Source: Candidatus Latescibacterota bacterium
GTDB lineage: Bacteria > Latescibacterota > UBA2968
Direction: 5' to 3'
Length of the DNA: 64,000 bases
NCBI GenBank assembly: GCA_965198115.1
Contig: OZ240241.1
Coordinates: forward strand, 5,792,001-5,856,000
The position numbers and the translations under genes were made by a program. The notes below the pieces were generated by a model. It was not told where the DNA came from and made no database searches. It was given only the letters and a program-made list of their open reading frames with translations. Shown one piece after another: positions 59,236-64,000 of this stretch. Every line of letters starts with the position of its first letter. Positions within the stretch are counted from its first letter, which is position 1.

Positions 59236-61269
59236 TCAGTTCACGCGAACAAATATATCGCAGGCGCTTCGGATCGCTGCGGCCGGTCCGATGAAGTAGA
59301 CCTGATCTTCCTCGTCGATCGTCGTTCCGCCGCGAGGGACCACAAAGTTGTTGTCCCGAATGATGGCTGCGATCAGGCATTCTTTCGGGATTTCGAGTTC
59401 GCGGATGGGTCGACCGCTCACGTGCGCCCCTCCCGGCACGATGACATCGAGCACACTGGCGGCGCCGATCCCGAACTCGAAGAGCTGTGTCAGGCCGGGT
59501 CGGTCGAGGAGACTCTCGATCATTGCCGCGGTCGTCCAGGGCGCACTGATGGCCACGACGTCGTTCTGCTCGAGGAGTTGCGCATACTCGGGGTCCTGGA
59601 CGATGGCGATCACCTGTTCCAACCCGAGTTGTCTTGCCTGGAGCGCAACGATCACGTTGCGCCCATCGTCGTCGGATGCGGCTATGACGACGTCGATGTT
59701 TTCGACGCCGACTTGCTCGAGCAACTCTTTCTTCGTGCCGTCACCCTGGAAAATGGGTGTGTTAAAACGTTGCTCTATCTCGTCGCACAGGTCGGTGTCT
59801 TCCTCGATGAAAGTGATCTGGTGCTCCGCCGAACGGAACATCACCCGCACTTCGTCTTTCGCCAGCAGACGGTTCGCGATGCTCTGTCCCTGTGTTTTTC
59901 CGCCTACGATCAGCACGCGCATTTGCGTCCTCCTCAGTCTTGCGATCAGTAACCTCGTTCTTCCTGCAATGGCCGCTTTGATTTCGAACACTTCGGCACG
60001 GTTCTCCGCTCTCATCAGGTAAATGGCCGTTCCCAGGAGTGTCAGAGCGCCCCCGAGCACGAAACTCCTCGTCTCGAGAGCGGGGACGAAAACCCAGGTC
60101 GTGATGACCCCCACGATGGGCACGACGGGAAAATACCACGTCTCGAAGGGTCGCCTCAGATTGGGCATTTTCTTGTGTAACGGGATGACGGCGTAGTTGA
60201 TGATCCCCAGACCCATCAGGTAACCGAAGTCGCTGAGAGATGCGACGAACTTCACGATCCCGGACGAGCTGAAGACGATCACGATGGCCGCACACACGGC
60301 AAGGGCAATGTCGGGGGTCTGGTATTTGGGGTGCAATCGGGCGAAAAATTGGGGAAAATGGCGGTCCCGACCGAGGGCGAACAGAATGCGGGCGCTGGCT
60401 CCGAGTGTGACGCTGAAAGCGGACAGGCTGGCCATAATCGTCGCGACGATGGCGGCCCAGCGTCCCCAGGCGCCGAAGAGCGCATCCGCGAAGTAGATGA
60501 ACGGCACGTCGCTGTGGGCGAGCTCCTGGTAGCTGATCGTGCTCATCATCACCCCGACAACCAGGACGTAAATCGTCGTGCTGACGCCCAACGTGATCAT
60601 GATGGAACGTGGCACGTTCTTGTGCGGTTCGATGATCTCTTCGGACGCATTCGAGATGAGCTCGAACCCGACGTAGGAAATGTAAATGAGAGCCATCGCG
60701 GGGATGAATGGACGCCATCCCATCGGTGCCAGGGGCTCGAGATTCGCGGGCTCGATGTCGGTCAGACCGAGGATCGCCGCGCCGATGAGCACCGCCAGCT
60801 CCACGAGGTTCATGACGGTGATGACGATGAGGGCTTCCCTCATTCCGAGGTAGTTGACCCCGGTGAACACCACTGTGGTGATCAGGGCGATGAGGGCGAT
60901 GTTCGCGTCGGCGACGAAATACGACCGGATCGTCAGGGCGAAAATAAGCGCGTACATCGCGCAGGCGAGCGTGTTGCCGATCCAGAAGAACCAGCCGGAG
61001 AAGAACGCGATCGGACGATTCATCGTTCGGCTGGTAAAGGAGTAGCCGCCGCCGGCAAGCGGAATCGCAGCACCGAGCTCGCTGTAGTTGAGCGCGGTGA
61101 ACACCGTTATGACGCCCATTACCAGATAAACGACAATGCCGAGCGGGCCGACCATATGGGCCAGCTCGCCCGGCAGGGCGAAGATTCCCGGGCCCATCGT
61201 GGCGCCGATACCGATCATCACCGCCATAAACAGGCCGATATTTCGCTTGAAGCTGACTTCCTCTGGCAA
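59236..61269 (-). CDS. APC-family permease fused to TrkA-N/TrkA-C (RCK) domains
   Basis: GATMGPGIF, YSELGAAIPLAGGGY, YVGFE, EEI.EP.KNVPR, ~12 TM; then MRVLIVGG, GDGT..LLEQVG, IAASDDD..N, IIRD...VPRG.T.I..DQV. Confidence 0.88.
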   Translation of the reverse strand: MPEEVSFKRNIGLFMAVMIGIGATMGPGIFALPGELAHMVGPLGIVVYLVMGVITVFTALNYSELGAAIPLAGGGYSFTSRTMNRPIAFFSGWFFWIGNTLACAMYALIFALTIRSYFVADANIALIALITTVVFTGVNYLGMREALIVITVMNLVELAVLIGAAILGLTDIEPANLEPLAPMGWRPFIPAMALIYISYVGFELISNASEEIIEPHKNVPRSIMITLGVSTTIYVLVVGVMMSTISYQELAHSDVPFIYFADALFGAWGRWAAIVATIMASLSAFSVTLGASARILFALGRDRHFPQFFARLHPKYQTPDIALAVCAAIVIVFSSSGIVKFVASLSDFGYLMGLGIINYAVIPLHKKMPNLRRPFETWYFPVVPIVGVITTWVFVPALETRSFVLGGALTLLGTAIYLMRAENRAEVFEIKAAIAGRTRLLIARLRRTQMRVLIVGGKTQGQSIANRLLAKDEVRVMFRSAEHQITFIEEDTDLCDEIEQRFNTPIFQGDGTKKELLEQVGVENIDVVIAASDDDGRNVIVALQARQLGLEQVIAIVQDPEYAQLLEQNDVVAISAPWTTAAMIESLLDRPGLTQLFEFGIGAASVLDVIVPGGAHVSGRPIRELEIPKECLIAAIIRDNNFVVPRGGTTIDEEDQVYFIGPAAAIRSACDIFVRVN

Positions 61270-61398
61270 GTCGGGGTCTCTGGATTGGTTGGATAAGGTG
61301 GTGGCGTAGTCGGGAAGAAGATAACTGTTGCGGTGGGTCCTCGCTTGGATAACACGGTGGGCAGGACCCTGCCCGAGGAGGGGCGAATCGTGCGACGC

Positions 61399-62655
61399 CT
61401 AGCGCAGCAGATCTTCTTCGAAAGGATAATGAGACAGTATTTCCATTCCGTCTTCGGTGATCAAGACCTGTTGCTCCAACTTGACGCCCTCGCGGCCCCC
61501 TACTTCGCCGATAAAGCTTTCAACGCAGATCGTCATACCCGGTAGGATCTCACCATCGTAGCCGGACTGTGGGAAATCATCTCGATGATAGAGTTGAGGG
61601 TACTCGCCGGTCATGCCCACGCCGTGGGAAGAGAGGTAGTAGCGGTGGGCAAAATACTTTTTCGGAATTTCCCACGCCGTGTCGGCGTACTCTCGAAAAC
61701 CCATCCCTGCTTTCAAGATGCCCACGTTGTGATGCACCTGTTCGTGAGCCACTTTGTAGAGTGTTCGTTGCGTCTTCGTAGGTTGATCAGGACCGGCGTG
61801 GAACGTCCGGGAGAAGTCCGAATAGTAGCCGTGGCAGCCCACCACGTCCGTGTCGAGGGCGATGAGTTCGTTCTCCCCGATCACTTTGTTCGCGGCTTCT
61901 CGAAACCAAGGGTTGGTACGATCTCCTGAGCTCATCAGCCGTGTCTCGCAGTAGTCACCATTCTGTGCGATCACCGATTGGTGAAGGACCGACCACAGCT
62001 CATTCTCTGTGATACCCGGGCGAATCGCCTCTCTCAGCTTGCCAACGGCCACCTCCGTGGCTCGCAGGGAAGCCCTTACGCATTTCATCTCTTCGTCCGA
62101 TTTGATGCTGCGTGCGATTTCGATGGGCTCCTGGGCGTCGACCAGTTTGGGACACAGATCCGCCATCGCAAGAGAAACACCCGCATTCATCCGTTCCATC
62201 CCCACGATGGTGTTTTGACCCACTAACTCATTGATCGTAGACCACATCTCCGAAGCCCAGGTCCGCTCGCGCGCGGCAATGTCGGTCCCTGCTGCTTTGA
62301 AGGTCGCCGACATTGCAGGGCGCACCTCATCGACGGTTTCATAACCCTCAGCCAAGTGTTCGCAACTCGTGAATTCGTAAAGGATGGTTCGATCCTGAGT
62401 GACGAGTAGATACCGGGCCGGTGCGTTGCGCGCACAGTAGACCTGCATATTCCTGGTGCCTGTGGTGTAACGGATGTTCACGGGACAGGACAGAACGAGT
62501 GCACCGATGTCTCGCTTCTTCATCTCATCCCGAACGCGCGCAAGACGGTAAAGTCTGACAGACTTGAGGTCGATGCCCTCACTCTCCGGTGCGCGGTCGA
62601 GCAATACGAGGTCGGAGAGATCGGTCCGGTCTGCGTGCCAATCGAGTGTGGGCAT
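61399..62655 (-). CDS. M24B (Xaa-Pro peptidase fold) protein, DddP-like
   Basis: NIRYTTGTRNMQ, ARSIKS, ETRLMSSGDRTNPWF, LDTD..G..GY.SD.SR, HGVGM..EYP, CVES, GVKLEQQV. Confidence 0.8.
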   Translation of the reverse strand: MPTLDWHADRTDLSDLVLLDRAPESEGIDLKSVRLYRLARVRDEMKKRDIGALVLSCPVNIRYTTGTRNMQVYCARNAPARYLLVTQDRTILYEFTSCEHLAEGYETVDEVRPAMSATFKAAGTDIAARERTWASEMWSTINELVGQNTIVGMERMNAGVSLAMADLCPKLVDAQEPIEIARSIKSDEEMKCVRASLRATEVAVGKLREAIRPGITENELWSVLHQSVIAQNGDYCETRLMSSGDRTNPWFREAANKVIGENELIALDTDVVGCHGYYSDFSRTFHAGPDQPTKTQRTLYKVAHEQVHHNVGILKAGMGFREYADTAWEIPKKYFAHRYYLSSHGVGMTGEYPQLYHRDDFPQSGYDGEILPGMTICVESFIGEVGGREGVKLEQQVLITEDGMEILSHYPFEEDLLR

Positions 62656-62799
62656 CGTGTCTTCCTGTCTATTTCACTCTGGGTAGGGAGGGTGGGAGCA
62701 ACTTCAATGACCTGAGGTTCCGGTTGAGTCAGCTCTTGGATGGCAAAGGATGATCAGGGAGCGGTAGGTAGTCGTTATTCGGGTTTTTTGGTGACCTGG

Positions 62800-63298
62800 C
62801 GTTACTCATTCGAATGAAGCTGAAGTTGAGTGTGGAATGATAAATCGTCTCGCGTAGCTCCCAGAGCTCGTCGAGAATACGGAGCTCAATATCGCCATTG
62901 AGGAGGTTGAGAATCGGTTTATCGATTCAGTCGACTGATGATGGTGTTTCGGTTTTCTCCGACACGTAGACGCCTTCACGTTTGACGAATTCGTAGAAAT
63001 TCCCGAGCTCGAATTCGTATCGGTAGAGAATGGTTGAAAAACATCTCTCGAGCCAATCGCCTTCAATCCCATAGAGGATTTTATCTCGATTTCCACCGAG
63101 GATGTTTTCGATGTCCTCGTCCGTCGTTCCCTGATCCGCCCACCCCGTCACCCGCGGGCAGTCTCTTGGAACGTGAAACTTGTAGCTGCGCGCCTCATCG
63201 ATCGCCCAGACGACGTTCTTGCCGATGTCAGACCGGGGCGCCGGATGTGGCACGAATCGCTCGATCTCGCTTTCCTCAGAGAAGTGGTAGACTTTCAT
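62800..63298 (-). pseudogene. DUF6886-like protein with in-frame TGA at 62927-62929
   Basis: YHFSEE..I..F.P, VWAID, PRDCPR; after the TGA the same frame continues ELRILDELWELRETIYHSTLNFSFIRMSNA. Confidence 0.65.
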
Positions 63299-63542
63299 TG
63301 TCTTGCCGCGCTTATCGTGTGGGCTGGGAATGCGGACTTTCGATTTATTGACTGACAGCGCATCAAGGGCCCATCTCGATGACCGACACTTCGACTCGCG
63401 CTCAGTGTGACGGTGTTTCTGCCAACCATCTATCTGGTAATGCATCGGCTCCGTTTGGTGTTATTCCCTGTCACTCCGTGTGACCTGTGTGGTCTGTGGT
63501 TCCAACCTCAGTGATCTCAGTGTCCTCAGTGGCGCCTTTCGT

Positions 63543-64000
63543 TTATTCGGAATCCGGACGCAAGTCCATCGCGAGGTCCCGAAAATTCCTCACGCGATGG
63601 AAGGTCGCATAGTCGGCGTCGTGTCTATTCGGCGCGTCGACGCTGGAGCGTGAGATGATGCCCAGGTCATCGTCGTCGATGACGAGCTTGGGGTACATGA
63701 ACGACTGCGAGAGCTTGCCGGCTCGTGCCACGCATCCGGCCGGGAACCAGTTGAGTCCGTCGACGCCGTAGTAGAGCATCAAGAACCGTCGATCGTTTGA
63801 GCCGCGACCGGGCCTGCCCTCCTCGGTGTGCCAGCCGAGCGCATCCTGGCCATCGGCCGCCAGGTTCAGAACCGCCCAGAACATCCTTGAAATGTCGTCC
63901 CAGACGATGTCGAACTTCAGCTGACCGCCCGGCATCGGATGGTACTGCCTGAATGACAGATCTACCGTTTCACCGTCGTCAGTGATGTCGAACACCGCGC
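63543..64000 (-). CDS. C-terminal part of a sialidase/BNR-like hypothetical protein (runs off window)
   Basis: PGGQLKF.I.WD, RRFLML, DGLNW Asp-box-like, FHRVRNFR. Confidence 0.65.
   Translation of the reverse strand, partial: AVFDITDDGETVDLSFRQYHPMPGGQLKFDIVWDDISRMFWAVLNLAADGQDALGWHTEEGRPGRGSNDRRFLMLYYGVDGLNWFPAGCVARAGKLSQSFMYPKLVIDDDDLGIISRSSVDAPNRHDADYATFHRVRNFRDLAMDLRPDSE

Noticed and set aside
7069-62929. Stop-codon reassignment, selenocysteine or pyrrolysine explaining three in-frame stops
   Set aside because: TGA and TAG end many intact genes here, the stops are of two kinds, ggt also has frameshifts, and the positions are not catalytic Cys/Lys sites.

Overview
This GC-rich (~60%) bacterial window contains catabolic/accessory genes and no rRNA, tRNA, CRISPR or core housekeeping genes. 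The content is seven Fe(II)/2OG (mostly PhyH-like) oxygenases, four paralogous ~640-aa DUF6785/DUF6784-type membrane proteins, three UxuA-like TIM barrels, two sulfatases, several peptidases/amidase and GH-like beta-propeller and TIM-barrel proteins. That mix resembles marine Latescibacterota/Poribacteria-type genomes (inference). There are three IS elements: partial ISAzo13, truncated IS256 and apparently complete IS630. About ten host genes carry frameshifts, in-frame stops or truncations. Most notable: (1) intergenic DNA is built from short hairpin repeat families nested in each other, and one ~28-bp element repeatedly sits at a CTCCG/CTTCG motif of other repeats and of itself; (2) three PhyH-like proteins have halogenase-type HxG instead of HxD; (3) an APC permease-TrkA fusion has a perfect internal RBS/ATG in front of the RCK domains; (4) a DddP-like M24 enzyme and an oxalyl-CoA ligase/reductase-like pair. 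All family assignments come from motif recognition by eye, not from database searches.
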